From: an uncultured Alphaproteobacteria bacterium
Lineage (GTDB): Bacteria; Pseudomonadota; Alphaproteobacteria; Rs-D84
Direction of reading: 5' to 3'
Assembly (NCBI GenBank): GCA_944392815.1
Contig: CALXXY010000004.1
Coordinates: 23,064-87,063 of the forward strand
Length of the DNA: 64,000 nt
Position 1 is the stretch's first letter, and each line of letters opens with the position of its first letter. A program made the translations under genes and the position numbers. The notes under the pieces were generated by a model. The model did no database searches, had not been told where the DNA came from, and saw only the letters and a list, made by a program, of their open reading frames with translations. Positions 7,388-18,337 of this stretch are shown one piece after another.

Positions 7388-9757
7388 TTATTTGACTACG
7401 CTGAATTTTATCGTTGTGGCCGCGCCCATTTCGTCCATTATGCGCACGGTGTAATCACCGATTGGTGTGTCGTGCATTAATGTTGCGCCCGACACGGTTG
7501 TGCCAATCATTTCATCGTTCAAAAACCAAAATATTTTTGCATCTGTCATGTCTGATACTGCGCGAAATGCGATGGGTTGGGTGTCGGCGTCCGACAAAAT
7601 AACCGTGCGCGTGCCGTCAATTGGTGACATGACGACCGGTGCTGCGCGGGTTGATGTGATTGCGTCCAAATCACAGCCCGGCATAAATGGGGGCGGGGTG
7701 TTGCGTGTGATGCCTGCGCGCGCGAACATGTCCAAGTATTCAGAATCCCAAAATTCGAAAATTTCCATATGTGTCGTTTTGGGGTCGCGGTTACATGCCC
7801 GCAGGCCTGTGTCATTATCCACCGGAACCGCGCGATAAACGGACGATGTTGTGATTGGTGATTTGCCCGGGATAAAATATGCAGTGACCGTTTTGGGACA
7901 ATATTTGCCGGCCAGGCCGCCGACGCCGTCGCACATTTCAACCGTTGAAATATTCATATCGTCGCGCAGGAAATTATTATTTTTTATTGGTGCGTTGCGC
8001 GTGGCGTAATATTTTTGTGTGGCGTCGGCCAATGCGAAATAAATCGGGGCCGCGGCGCGCGCGCCACTGAATGCGTTGTTTGGTGTGCCGTCAAAATTGC
8101 CAACCCATACAATCAAAACAAAATCGCCAAATATGCCCGCTGTCCATGCGTCGCGATATGATGATGATGTGCCTGTTTTCCAATAATGGCGAATGGATTG
8201 GGGTTGCTGTTTCGCAAATGGAATATTTTTTGTCGGCGTTGATTGGTGTGCCAACATGTCCAGGGTGATGAAAAATGCCTCGGGCGAGAGGATTTGTGCA
8301 CTGTCGTTCGTTTGGGTGCGCGTGTCTGTGCGTATGTCGCGGCGCAGCCCCAGGTTCGCCATTGTGGCGTAAATGTCCGCCAGTTCGAACATGGAAACCT
8401 CGGCCCCGCCCAGGGCGACTGATATGCCGTAATAGTCCGGGGATTTCAGATTCGTGACGCCGGATGCCGCCAAAATATTATAAAAATTTTTTACGCCTAT
8501 GCGTCGCAACAGGTTAATGGCCGGGATATTGCGTGAATGGGTTAATGCGTCGCGTGCCAGAACGGGGCCGAAAAATTCGCTGTCTGAATTTTCGGGTGCA
8601 TATACGCCGAAATTTATTTTTGCGTCACGCAATAATGTCATGGAATGAATAAATCCCATGTCGACAGCCGTGGCGTATATTAATGGTTTCAGGGTTGAAC
8701 CGGGACTGCGTCGCGCGCGGACGCCATCGTTTTCGCCGTATATTTTTTTGTCGAAATAATCAGCCGATCCGATATAAGCGACTGTGTCCATTGTTTTATA
8801 GTTTACCAATATGGCCGCTGCGTTCGTGATGCCGCGCGAACGCCCGCGGGCAATTTGCGCGGCGATTGTGCGTTCCAATTCGTGTTGCAATCCTAAATCC
8901 AGTGTGGTTGTTATGTATGATTCGTGTGTCGGGGCGCGTGACATCGCGAAATTTACAAAATGCGGTGCATGGAACGGCAATTCACGCGTTGTGCGCGCGG
9001 ACAGTGGCATTTGCGCCAATGTCATCAAATTGCCGTCGTCTGGACCCGTTTCGTCAATCCAGCGGCGTACCAAATCGCCACGCATTTTCATCATGTTTTT
9101 CAGGCCTGTGGGCGTATTCAATCCGCGTTTGTTCGGATTTTGCGGAATTGTTGCCAGGGTTATGGATTCTATGGTTGTTAAATTTTTCGGCGTTTTATTG
9201 AAATATATTAATGACGCCGCGCCAATGCTTTCGATGTTGCCACCATATGGCGCCAGATTTAAATATGCGGTGATGATTTCGTTTTTGGTGTAAAATAAAT
9301 CGATGTAAATTGCTGCGGCAATTTGTTTCAGTTTACCGGCGATTTCCCTGGTGTTGATTCCGTATTTTATGCGTGCAACCTGCATGGTTATGGTGGACGC
9401 GCCGGCCGGGTGTGGGGTGCCGGACAAATAATTTATTGTGGCGCGAATTAATGCGATTGGATTGACGCCTGGGTGGTAATAGAAATATTTATCTTCGTAT
9501 AAAATGGTGGCGCGGACGATGTCTGGGTTTATTTCGGCCAGTGGTGTGTACAGCCGATATTTATCATCTGGTGCCAATGTGATGCGCAACAATTCGCCGT
9601 TTCTGTCGAAATAGGCGTGGCCGAAAATCGCGTCATTTAATAATGGCGGGGTGAAAAATATTTTTATAATCGCCCATAACGCAATCAGGGCAAAAATTGT
9701 GCTGTACAAAATCCTGTGACGGCGCAGGTGCGCCGTCAATTTATTTTGCGTTTTCAT
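7388..9757 (-). CDS. pbpC: Penicillin-binding protein 1C
   Basis: Transglycosylase EDKYFYYH/GASTITMQ, transpeptidase GSTLKP and KTGTS, C-terminal BiPBP domain; start MKTQNK overlaps the A2M stop. Confidence 0.95.
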   Translation of the reverse strand: MKTQNKLTAHLRRHRILYSTIFALIALWAIIKIFFTPPLLNDAIFGHAYFDRNGELLRITLAPDDKYRLYTPLAEINPDIVRATILYEDKYFYYHPGVNPIALIRATINYLSGTPHPAGASTITMQVARIKYGINTREIAGKLKQIAAAIYIDLFYTKNEIITAYLNLAPYGGNIESIGAASLIYFNKTPKNLTTIESITLATIPQNPNKRGLNTPTGLKNMMKMRGDLVRRWIDETGPDDGNLMTLAQMPLSARTTRELPFHAPHFVNFAMSRAPTHESYITTTLDLGLQHELERTIAAQIARGRSRGITNAAAILVNYKTMDTVAYIGSADYFDKKIYGENDGVRARRSPGSTLKPLIYATAVDMGFIHSMTLLRDAKINFGVYAPENSDSEFFGPVLARDALTHSRNIPAINLLRRIGVKNFYNILAASGVTNLKSPDYYGISVALGGAEVSMFELADIYATMANLGLRRDIRTDTRTQTNDSAQILSPEAFFITLDMLAHQSTPTKNIPFAKQQPQSIRHYWKTGTSSSYRDAWTAGIFGDFVLIVWVGNFDGTPNNAFSGARAAAPIYFALADATQKYYATRNAPIKNNNFLRDDMNISTVEMCDGVGGLAGKYCPKTVTAYFIPGKSPITTSSVYRAVPVDNDTGLRACNRDPKTTHMEIFEFWDSEYLDMFARAGITRNTPPPFMPGCDLDAITSTRAAPVVMSPIDGTRTVILSDADTQPIAFRAVSDMTDAKIFWFLNDEMIGTTVSGATLMHDTPIGDYTVRIMDEMGAATTIKFSVVK

Positions 9758-12700
9758 TTGTTGCTGTGAATGTGTCGGTGCGGCCGGTTGCGGAAATTTC
9801 CGGGTTGTACATTGACATGGCGGAAATTGCCGGAACTGTGAATTCGCCGGCCGATCCAATTTGTGCCGTGTATGTGAATTCGCGCGTGTCGCGGTTTAAA
9901 TCCGTAAAGATTAATACACGGTCTGTGCGGAATTCTGCGTATTCCATGTCGCCAGCGATGGTTTGGCTGTCCGGGATAAATCCGCCGGGCAACAAATCTG
10001 TAATTACGACGTTGTCGGCGTTGTCTGTGCCGCCGCGGGTGCGGGCGGATATTTTAACCGTGACAGTATCGCCGATGTTGGCCGATGTTATGCGATTCCC
10101 ATTCATATCATAGTATTCGCGGGTTATATTAATGCCGTTTGATGTGCGTTTGGATTCCGTTGGGTATCCCGATTGCAACAGGGTGAAATATATCGGCGCG
10201 TCGTGCGAACAATCCGCGCATTCGATTGTGATTTCTGTTGCGTTTGCGGGGATATCCGGGGAATTTGTGCCAACGTCTGTCGTGATTTTGATATCTGGGG
10301 CGGGGGCGTTATCCGTTTGGGCCGCGGCCATGATGACGGCGGCGGACGTGTACGCACTGTAATTACCGGCGGCAATGTATGACCGCAGGGCGCGTGATGT
10401 CATCGGGTTTTCAGGTGTGAAATATTTCCGTGTGATGTAATAATATTTCGCATCGTTTGCCACGTTGTTATCGAACAGGGCGATGTATTCAAAATCATCG
10501 TCGGGCGATAATTTATATTTTGCAATTAAATCACGGGCCAGGTCGTCCTGTTTCATGATTTTATATGCTGTGGCGATATATGGTCCCATAATGGTTTGTT
10601 GCCAGTCGTCCAGATTTGCATTCGCGTATTGGGTGAACGCGTCAATATAACTGGTTGTCACATATCCGTTGGCCGAAATCACATATATCGCATATGCCGC
10701 GGCACGTGCATAGGCGGAATCTGTGATGGTGCCGCCCGCAAAAGTCCGCAGGTAATCCACAGCGCGGGACAACATGTCGCCGGGCACATTGAATCCAGTG
10801 TCGCGTGCAATGGTTAAAAATTCTGCGACGTATGCGGTCAGTGTTGCTGTGTCTGCGTTTGTTTGATTTTCGTATGATGTTGGTGCGGCCGCCCACAGCG
10901 CAAACGAACCGTCTGGATTTTGACGATTTTTCAATGTGTTTATTGTGTCGGATATTTTTTCCGCAGATGCGTCAAATGTTGTTCCCAAAATGTCGCTGGT
11001 TGGAATCAGGGCGTATGGTATCGCGCGTGATACCAATTGTTCCGTGCATGGGAATTCATAATTTTTCAGATATTCAAACAATGGCAATATCATCGCGTCC
11101 GTCCCGCGTGATATGTACAGCCGGCGCGTGGCATATTGTGGGTATAAATCAACCGCAAAATCAGATATCTGTACATTTTCCGAATCGATTGCGCCCGACA
11201 AGATATAGGTTTTATATGTTGTTGCTGGGCGTACGGACAGCGTGGTGTTTGATGTGCGTGTTGCCACGTTTGGTATGTCTGATGTTATGGTGATATTTGC
11301 GTTGCCCAATGCATCAGTTGCGTACGCGCCGAATGTGAACAGGTGTTCTGTGTCACGTGCGATTTGTGCGCTGGTGGTGGGGGTGGTTGTGATTTCAATG
11401 CCACCGGTTGCGTTTATTTTGATTGATGTGTCGGCGTTATCTGTATCGGTCATGTTTGTTATGACAGAATTAATTTCAAACGAATCGCCCGGTGCAACAA
11501 ATTCCGGCGCAGATGTTGAAATCATTAATGGCGATTGCACCGTTGTGCGTGTGTCAGATGCGCCAACCGCCGATGTATTTGCAGCGACGGCAAAAATGGT
11601 GATTTCGCCGTTAAAATATTCTGGAATTTCAAAATCAACTGTGCCAGGGACATTGGCGCGTGTGTCAATTATTCCGGACCAGAACGCCACCGGCGGCAGT
11701 GTTGCACGTGCAAATGGGTTTTGGATTATGGCCGCGTCCAATATGCCAGTGCCGTAATCGCCACCGCCTGTTTTGGCGTATTCGCGCAAAATGTTATATT
11801 CCGGCAACAACAATGACAGAATTTGGAAAGTATCAACCTGGAGTGCCGATTTTTGGAAAAAATGCGCCAGTGGATTTGGAATTTGATATTTGGCGACCTG
11901 TAAAATTCCGGTGTTTATCGCGAACACCATAATGCGCGCGTTTTTATCAGTTGTGTATTTGACGGATAATTTGTTATCGCGCACTGTGGTTGGTGCGTCC
12001 AATTTTATCCCGATTTTGTGCGCAGATGTGTCGGCTGAAAATGGCGCGACGGCATATGCATATGGTGTGGTGAATATGTCGCGGCTGTTGATGTCGCGAA
12101 CGAATGATACGTTTACGTATCCGGTGCCTGCGAAATTATCTGGGACGGTTATGTGTTGCACCGATGACGTAGATGTCGTGCGGAACCATTTATATGCATA
12201 AACGCGATCGCGTTCAATTGTTATCAATCCTGTGCCGGCGTATGGGGCAGTTATGCTGACCGTGATGTCATCGCCAGGGGCGTATTCTGTGGCGTTTAAT
12301 TTGATTTGCAAATTGGCGTCTGTGTCGGATTGCATTGTCGTGTTTTCGCCGGCGGCGACGTAATATTCTGCATTGGCCAAAATTTTATCCGATGCGTCCA
12401 GGATTTGCACAAAATATGTTCCGCCCGTGGTTGTGTCCAGTGTTATATCTGTGCCGTTGTCAGAAATATTAATTTTGCGTTCTGATACGATTTTATCGCG
12501 GGTGGTGGTTTGGTATTTGTAATAATTATTATAGTCCTTGACCAATGTGGTTTGGTTTTCGCGGCGCATGACGCGCATGGTCAAATCGTTTACTGAAATT
12601 GGGGTGGCGTTGGAATCGACGGCCACGAAATTAATTTTACGCGCCGCGTTGCGGTTGATGTATGCCAGATTCCCGTTCGCGCGCCAGCCGATTAAATATT

Positions 12701-15461
12701 TCGCGTCGGACGCGCGTGCGGTGATTGCGGTTTGAACACTGCGACCCGAATTGGATTCAAATCCCTGGACGTTTAATGTCAAAGTGTATGTTCCGAATGG
12801 AATGTCACGGTTAAACTGAATGTCCAGTTTTGCATTGCCGTCATTATCTGTGTACGTTTCAGGCAATTCGATGGAATATGTTTGTGTGCGAATTGCTGTG
12901 TCTGAATTTAATTCCGTGCCTGAAATAAAGTTTGATGTGAATTGATATCCTGCAAATTTATCAAATGAATATTGGGTGGGACGCAGTGTGGCGCGTGCCG
13001 ATATTTTGCGGTTTTGGGCGGGCGTGCCAAACATATTGCGCAGTGATACGGTTGCGGATAATTTGTCCGTTGCAATCCATGCGTCGTTGCCGGGGCCATC
13101 GATTATGCGGGCGGTTATTTTCATTGTGTCCGGGGTAAATTCCTGGACATCAAAATTTGTCATGCCCAACATGTCGTCCAGGTTATCGTTGGCCGTTAAC
13201 GAATACAGGTATGCCGTCCATGAACCCAAAGCGGCGTCGGTCGGAATGTCAAATTCAATGTCAAACATACCGTCTGTGGTTAATGAAAAACTGTGTTCGT
13301 ATACTGTGCGGCCGCGCGAATCATACATTTGAACGCGTACCGGGATTCCGGACAGTTTGCTGAATGATTTGTTTTTGACTATGCCGGCCAATACCAGTTT
13401 TTCGCCAGGGCGATAAATTCCGCGGTCTGAAAACATAAATGCGTTCAGTGGGGTTGTGGCGGTGGAATATGTGCCGCCTGTATCAAATTTAGAATATTCG
13501 ACACGTTGGTTGTATGCGTTGTATGGGATAAACGCAACGTCGCTGTTGCGGCGGGCAACAATCGCCACAGGTTCGCGGGCGTTTCTGTATTCTGACCATG
13601 GCAGGGCGGGTATGTCTGCGCGACCGTTTTCGTCCGTGCGACCAGCCCAAACAGCGTTGCCGTTGCGCCCCAGTACCGATATTTCAACGTCAGATGCCGG
13701 GGTACCGGCCCCCAGGTTTGATACAAAAACAACCGATGATGCGTCCAGGTTGACTTTGCGGATAATGCCCAAATCGGTTAATAATATCAGGCGTTTATCG
13801 CTGTATTCAGCGGCGTTTTCTGTGGTGCCGGTTTGAATTATGAATATGCCTGTGTTATCGCCGTATGTTCTGTCCAGGTAATCGCCCAAATCCAGTGCGG
13901 CATAATTTGTGGCTGTTTTTGATGTGTTGGCAAAAGATATTCTTTTTTCAAATACAACGGACATGTCGTATACGCCGAATGCCCATGATTTGAATTCCAT
14001 GTTTTCGGCGAATATATTATATGTCTGGGAAATTAAATGATTTATTTCCGATGATTTGACTTTGTATAAATTTACATATGCGGTATCCACGCCACCACGC
14101 GCAACCAATCCCAATTGACGATCGCCCGCCAATGATAATAATGCACCGGACCCCGCAATTTGTACTGATTTTTCGGGATACGGAACGCGCATAACCGACG
14201 ATGCGGCGTTTTTCATTTCAAATCCGTTCGCAGATGTTGCGCCCGGTTGGATTGCAACATATATATAGCGCGTTTGTTCATCAGATATATTATATGAAAA
14301 CGCGTATTGGTATACGCCATTGGGTGTTGCGAAATTCATTGGTTTGATGTTCAGTTTTTCTGATTTTGATAATGTTTCGTCTGTGATTTCGTCGGGTTGC
14401 CATGTGTGCGGACGCGACATATTTTGTTCGTCATCATCGCGATAGGTTGGCAATAAATACGCTGAAATATATTTTGACCAATCAGTGTTCGGTGCCGCGG
14501 CTGATGTGGTGTTTAGTAATATCAACTGTTGTACATTGCCGTCATTATCGTCGGCGACAGTTGTTTCAATGGACGATATTTTAAATATATTGTCGGCGGA
14601 TTCCACCATGACGTTGGCGGTTAATTTTTCTGTTTTTGTATCGCCCATGGCCGCAGGTATGCGATTTAATTTTAATCGCATGTTTTGCGGGGCGTCTGTA
14701 ATTTGAACTGGGTCAGATATTATGAATGCTGTGCGATTAAATTTATCGAATTTTACGTTGAATCCCAATTTGTCGCCGTCCAGTTTTAATGAAACGCGGT
14801 CATTAAAATCGGTTGTGTTAATTTCATAATTAAACGATATGACTGCAACACCGATTACCGATTTTTGGTTGTCTGGTGCGGGATACAGATTGAAATTATC
14901 AACGTGTGCCGTGATGTCTGGGGTGGTAAACGTTATACGACGTGTGTCGATATCGGCGTCCGGGTTAAATAATGTTTTGTTGATTTTTACTGTGAATTTT
15001 GTGTCGGCCGGCCATGCGGCGTCTGGTTGAAACATAATAGCACTGTTGCCGCGCAGGTACCAATTCCCACGAATGAACGGCGTGATTTTTATGTTTTGTG
15101 CAATGTCATCATTGTTTACGTCCATTTTAAATGCCGGAGCGTATGGGCCGGACACCAGGTCATACGATATGATAACATGGGCGGGGCTGGATATATCGCG
15201 TGCGTTATTTGGTTCGGGGATACTGTGCTGTGTTGCGAAAAACATGGTGTTGTTATCGATGAACGTTTGTGCGGCCGGTGTGGTCACATTTGCCGACAGG
15301 CGGGGCGTGTCATCATCTGGCATGGCGCGACAGATTACCAGCGCAATAATGCCGATAATCAACACCGCACCGAACGCCCACCACAAAATGCGTTTCCAGC
15401 GTGGCGCTTGTACGGTTTTTACCGTTTTTTTTGACGATGTAGATTGTTTTTTGCGTTGCAT
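9741..15461 (-). CDS. yfhM: Bacterial alpha-2-macroglobulin (1906 aa)
   Basis: DRGIYRPGE MG2 motif, thioester motif CTEQ, canonical pairing with pbpC. Confidence 0.95.
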   Translation of the reverse strand: MQRKKQSTSSKKTVKTVQAPRWKRILWWAFGAVLIIGIIALVICRAMPDDDTPRLSANVTTPAAQTFIDNNTMFFATQHSIPEPNNARDISSPAHVIISYDLVSGPYAPAFKMDVNNDDIAQNIKITPFIRGNWYLRGNSAIMFQPDAAWPADTKFTVKINKTLFNPDADIDTRRITFTTPDITAHVDNFNLYPAPDNQKSVIGVAVISFNYEINTTDFNDRVSLKLDGDKLGFNVKFDKFNRTAFIISDPVQITDAPQNMRLKLNRIPAAMGDTKTEKLTANVMVESADNIFKISSIETTVADDNDGNVQQLILLNTTSAAAPNTDWSKYISAYLLPTYRDDDEQNMSRPHTWQPDEITDETLSKSEKLNIKPMNFATPNGVYQYAFSYNISDEQTRYIYVAIQPGATSANGFEMKNAASSVMRVPYPEKSVQIAGSGALLSLAGDRQLGLVARGGVDTAYVNLYKVKSSEINHLISQTYNIFAENMEFKSWAFGVYDMSVVFEKRISFANTSKTATNYAALDLGDYLDRTYGDNTGIFIIQTGTTENAAEYSDKRLILLTDLGIIRKVNLDASSVVFVSNLGAGTPASDVEISVLGRNGNAVWAGRTDENGRADIPALPWSEYRNAREPVAIVARRNSDVAFIPYNAYNQRVEYSKFDTGGTYSTATTPLNAFMFSDRGIYRPGEKLVLAGIVKNKSFSKLSGIPVRVQMYDSRGRTVYEHSFSLTTDGMFDIEFDIPTDAALGSWTAYLYSLTANDNLDDMLGMTNFDVQEFTPDTMKITARIIDGPGNDAWIATDKLSATVSLRNMFGTPAQNRKISARATLRPTQYSFDKFAGYQFTSNFISGTELNSDTAIRTQTYSIELPETYTDNDGNAKLDIQFNRDIPFGTYTLTLNVQGFESNSGRSVQTAITARASDAKYLIGWRANGNLAYINRNAARKINFVAVDSNATPISVNDLTMRVMRRENQTTLVKDYNNYYKYQTTTRDKIVSERKINISDNGTDITLDTTTGGTYFVQILDASDKILANAEYYVAAGENTTMQSDTDANLQIKLNATEYAPGDDITVSITAPYAGTGLITIERDRVYAYKWFRTTSTSSVQHITVPDNFAGTGYVNVSFVRDINSRDIFTTPYAYAVAPFSADTSAHKIGIKLDAPTTVRDNKLSVKYTTDKNARIMVFAINTGILQVAKYQIPNPLAHFFQKSALQVDTFQILSLLLPEYNILREYAKTGGGDYGTGILDAAIIQNPFARATLPPVAFWSGIIDTRANVPGTVDFEIPEYFNGEITIFAVAANTSAVGASDTRTTVQSPLMISTSAPEFVAPGDSFEINSVITNMTDTDNADTSIKINATGGIEITTTPTTSAQIARDTEHLFTFGAYATDALGNANITITSDIPNVATRTSNTTLSVRPATTYKTYILSGAIDSENVQISDFAVDLYPQYATRRLYISRGTDAMILPLFEYLKNYEFPCTEQLVSRAIPYALIPTSDILGTTFDASAEKISDTINTLKNRQNPDGSFALWAAAPTSYENQTNADTATLTAYVAEFLTIARDTGFNVPGDMLSRAVDYLRTFAGGTITDSAYARAAAYAIYVISANGYVTTSYIDAFTQYANANLDDWQQTIMGPYIATAYKIMKQDDLARDLIAKYKLSPDDDFEYIALFDNNVANDAKYYYITRKYFTPENPMTSRALRSYIAAGNYSAYTSAAVIMAAAQTDNAPAPDIKITTDVGTNSPDIPANATEITIECADCSHDAPIYFTLLQSGYPTESKRTSNGINITREYYDMNGNRITSANIGDTVTVKISARTRGGTDNADNVVITDLLPGGFIPDSQTIAGDMEYAEFRTDRVLIFTDLNRDTREFTYTAQIGSAGEFTVPAISAMSMYNPEISATGRTDTFTATNENAK

Positions 15462-15638
15462 GAAATTCCCCCTTTGCCAGATGAAAATATCATAGATGTG
15501 AAATCGTTAAATCGCAAGTCAAATAATTAAATTTTTGCGCCTGATTTTTTTGACTTTAGGATTTTTATCACCAAAACGTGGGGTCTGGCGCAGAGGGCAG
15601 AGAATGCGTGTATTTGCCATCAGCCAAAGGAGTATACA

Positions 15639-16259
15639 GTGATATATGGCTATATACGTGTGTCGACTGATCATCAGACAACAGAAAATCAACGTTTCGA
15701 AATTAAAAAATTTTGCGAAAAACAGGAATTGGTTATTGATTGCTGGATAGAAGAAACTATATCCGCAACCAAAGATTTAAATAAACGAAAACTGGGGCGG
15801 TTAATCAAACGTATTCAAAAAGATGATTTGATAATTGCGTCGGAATTGTCGCGTCTGGGGCGTAATTTGCTGCAGATTATGAGTATTTTGCACCACTGTA
15901 TGAATATAGGTGCGCGAATTTGGACCATAAAGGATAATTATCGGTTGGGGTCTGATATTACCAGCAAAGTGTTGGCGTTCGCGTTTGGGTTGTCTGCGGA
16001 AATTGAACGTAATTTGATTTCACAGCGAACCAAAGAAGCGTTGGCGCGTGTCAAGGCCGAAGGCAAACGCGTCGGCCGTCCCCAGGGCAGTCGCAATGTT
16101 TATAAACTGGAAGGTCGTGAACGCTATATCGTGCAGAAATTGGCCGATGGTGATAATAAAAAAGCCATTGCACGCCGGTTGCATGTTCATCGTGATACTT
16201 TGGCGCGTTTTATTGATGAACGTGGTTTGGATACTGATATCGATGTGACTGTGGATTAA
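15639..16259 (+). CDS. Small serine recombinase (resolvase/invertase family) with C-terminal HTH
   Basis: MIYGYIRVSTDHQ catalytic motif, ELSRLGR, ERNLISQRTKEALA, GRP then HTH; GTG start with AAGGAG RBS. Confidence 0.92.
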   Translation: MIYGYIRVSTDHQTTENQRFEIKKFCEKQELVIDCWIEETISATKDLNKRKLGRLIKRIQKDDLIIASELSRLGRNLLQIMSILHHCMNIGARIWTIKDNYRLGSDITSKVLAFAFGLSAEIERNLISQRTKEALARVKAEGKRVGRPQGSRNVYKLEGRERYIVQKLADGDNKKAIARRLHVHRDTLARFIDERGLDTDIDVTVD

Positions 16260-18106
16260 AATGCCATACGACCACGGGTCAGAATGAAAAATTCGTCCGT
16301 GCCGTATGGATTGTCCACAAAACTGGCGGTGATTGATTTATATGATATGGAATATTCTATTGATGGACGGGTACGCATATCTATGGCATAGTCATTGTAT
16401 AAAATGGCACCAGTCGCAGCGCGGCCGACGGGCGTGCGCAGGTTCATTGTGCCACCGATTATGGTGTCTGGGATTGATACGCCAAATGTCCAATCGCCGT
16501 ATTTCGCACCGATGTCAATTGCGGCAGTATATATGTTTGAAAAATTATTTATTATGGAATTTTGTGTTGTTTGTGGCGTGCCAAATGAAATGCGGGTGCG
16601 CTGGAAAACATTTATATTGCCGATGTCGATGTCGCCGTGTGCGCCAACAAATCCAAACCAATCGTTGCCACGCGTTTGCATCATACCGTCTGCGAATGCG
16701 ATGTCACTGTTTTTTAATCCCATTTCAAAATTGCCGATGTCTGCGATGGTTATGTCGCGTTTCGCGCGCAGGCGTTGGAATCCAATTCCCTGATTTTGTA
16801 CCGAAATAAAATCTGATAAATTTGCGTTGAATGCGCGACCGTATTTATCAAAATATGCAAATTGCGGATTTGCGTCTGATATACGTTGCGCAATTGCGCC
16901 CGATATGCGGGCTGTTTGTATCGGTTGCATTCCGCCACCGTCAATTGGCACCAATGGTGCGCCAACTGGGCGGGTGGCACGTTCCAAATCCAGCATGCCG
17001 TGGCCGTATATGGCGTCAATGCCGGGCGTGCCCAAATCGCGGGCCGTTTCAAATAATAATGATGTAATGTCTGGGGCGGACATGTATGGAAATGCCTGGC
17101 GAATGACGGCGATGGCAGCCGATACCAATGGTGCGGCAAAACTGGTGCCGCTGGCGGTGGTGATGCCGTTGGTGATATCAGTGCCCGGGGCGGTTATGCA
17201 CCATTGACTGGTTATGCCACACGCGTTGCTGTATTCGGCCAATGTGCCGGTGGTGCTGTCCCATGCGACCACGTTTATAAAATGTCCCTGCATTTCAGGC
17301 ATGACGGTTGGAATTGCTGACAGGGCACTGGATTGGCTGTGTGCGTCGTTTCCGGCCGCCCAAACGAATATGGCGTCGCGATTTGTGGCCGCGTTGGATA
17401 AACTGCTGACAAAATTTTCGTCTGTGATACGTATCAGTTGTTCGCGCGATTTTAATTCTGTGGCGCGCATTGGTACAGACCAACTGGCGTTAAATACGTT
17501 TGCGTCGGACGCAGAATTGATAACGTCGCCGATTTCACTGTATGGAACGAAATCCATATTGTATGCGATTTTATATGATGTCACGTTTGCGTCCGGGGCA
17601 ATTGGGCCGGACGATATAATATTTGTGACAAATCGGCCGTGCCATGAATCTATGCCTGCGTCCAAAACGGCTATGTTCGTGCCGGCACCTGTATATCCGC
17701 GGGCAATTGAATATGACAGGCGTATGTCGTCGTAAATGGTCGCGTTCAGTGTGTATTCTGGGGTGGCGGTTGCGGCGGCCAGTTGAATGTTATCTATATC
17801 CCCGCCCACCATATTATATGATGGCAATGTTGGCTGATAATATGTGGAATTGGTGTCGCCACCGTTCGCGGCGTTGGCCAGCCCGATTAGTGCCAGTGCG
17901 CCACCCAAAACCGTTGCACCCGACAAAATGGGCGCCGTTGCCGCCCCCAGAAATGACGGGCATTTATCGGGGTGGACGCGTCTGTATTCGGTGTTTGTAC
18001 AATTATTATTGGCGGATTGGGATAATATTGTAAACTGGATTGCGTTTGCAGGGCGCAATACGCATGCGGCAATCAGGCACGAACAAAATATTTGTACGAA
18101 TTTCAT
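16256..18106 (-). CDS. Secreted S8 (subtilisin-like) serine protease
   Basis: Catalytic D (VLDAG), H (WHG), oxyanion AAGN, GTSFAAP; signal peptide; C-terminal beta-rich domain ending in F. Confidence 0.9.
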   Translation of the reverse strand: MKFVQIFCSCLIAACVLRPANAIQFTILSQSANNNCTNTEYRRVHPDKCPSFLGAATAPILSGATVLGGALALIGLANAANGGDTNSTYYQPTLPSYNMVGGDIDNIQLAAATATPEYTLNATIYDDIRLSYSIARGYTGAGTNIAVLDAGIDSWHGRFVTNIISSGPIAPDANVTSYKIAYNMDFVPYSEIGDVINSASDANVFNASWSVPMRATELKSREQLIRITDENFVSSLSNAATNRDAIFVWAAGNDAHSQSSALSAIPTVMPEMQGHFINVVAWDSTTGTLAEYSNACGITSQWCITAPGTDITNGITTASGTSFAAPLVSAAIAVIRQAFPYMSAPDITSLLFETARDLGTPGIDAIYGHGMLDLERATRPVGAPLVPIDGGGMQPIQTARISGAIAQRISDANPQFAYFDKYGRAFNANLSDFISVQNQGIGFQRLRAKRDITIADIGNFEMGLKNSDIAFADGMMQTRGNDWFGFVGAHGDIDIGNINVFQRTRISFGTPQTTQNSIINNFSNIYTAAIDIGAKYGDWTFGVSIPDTIIGGTMNLRTPVGRAATGAILYNDYAIDMRTRPSIEYSISYKSITASFVDNPYGTDEFFILTRGRMAF

Positions 18107-18192
18107 TTTTTGTGTTTTTATATTAATACATCATTTGATTTTGTCAAATAAAGCCCGCGGAATTTATTCGTTTGATAATTGCCAAATTTTGC

Positions 18193-18221
18193 TTGATTTT
18201 TGTGCGCGTTTGGTCTATTAT
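18193..18221 (+). promoter_or_regulatory. rpsB promoter
   Basis: TTGATT-N17-TATTAT. Confidence 0.6.
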
Positions 18222-18227
18222 CGGGCT

Positions 18228-18314
18228 ACACGTTTCGGCGTGAAGAACACAGTCGTTCAGTAAACGATTTTCTGTCCAAATGAAAATTTGGTTTTTCCGA
18301 ACGACGAGGATAAC
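18228..18314 (+). ncRNA. rpsB leader (t44/S2 autoregulatory leader-like)
   Basis: ACACGTTTCGG...CCGAACGACGAGGATAAC closes a stem and resembles the enterobacterial rpsB leader ends (ACACGTATCGG...GAGGCATAAC); position directly 5' of rpsB. Confidence 0.6.
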
Positions 18315-18337
18315 AACAGAAAACAAAGGATATTAAC

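Noticed and set aside
15516-15556. AAGTCAAA/TTTGACTT inverted repeat as an invertase site
   Set aside because: Only 8 bp, and similar TTGAC-type words occur in many intergenic regions here as -35-like boxes
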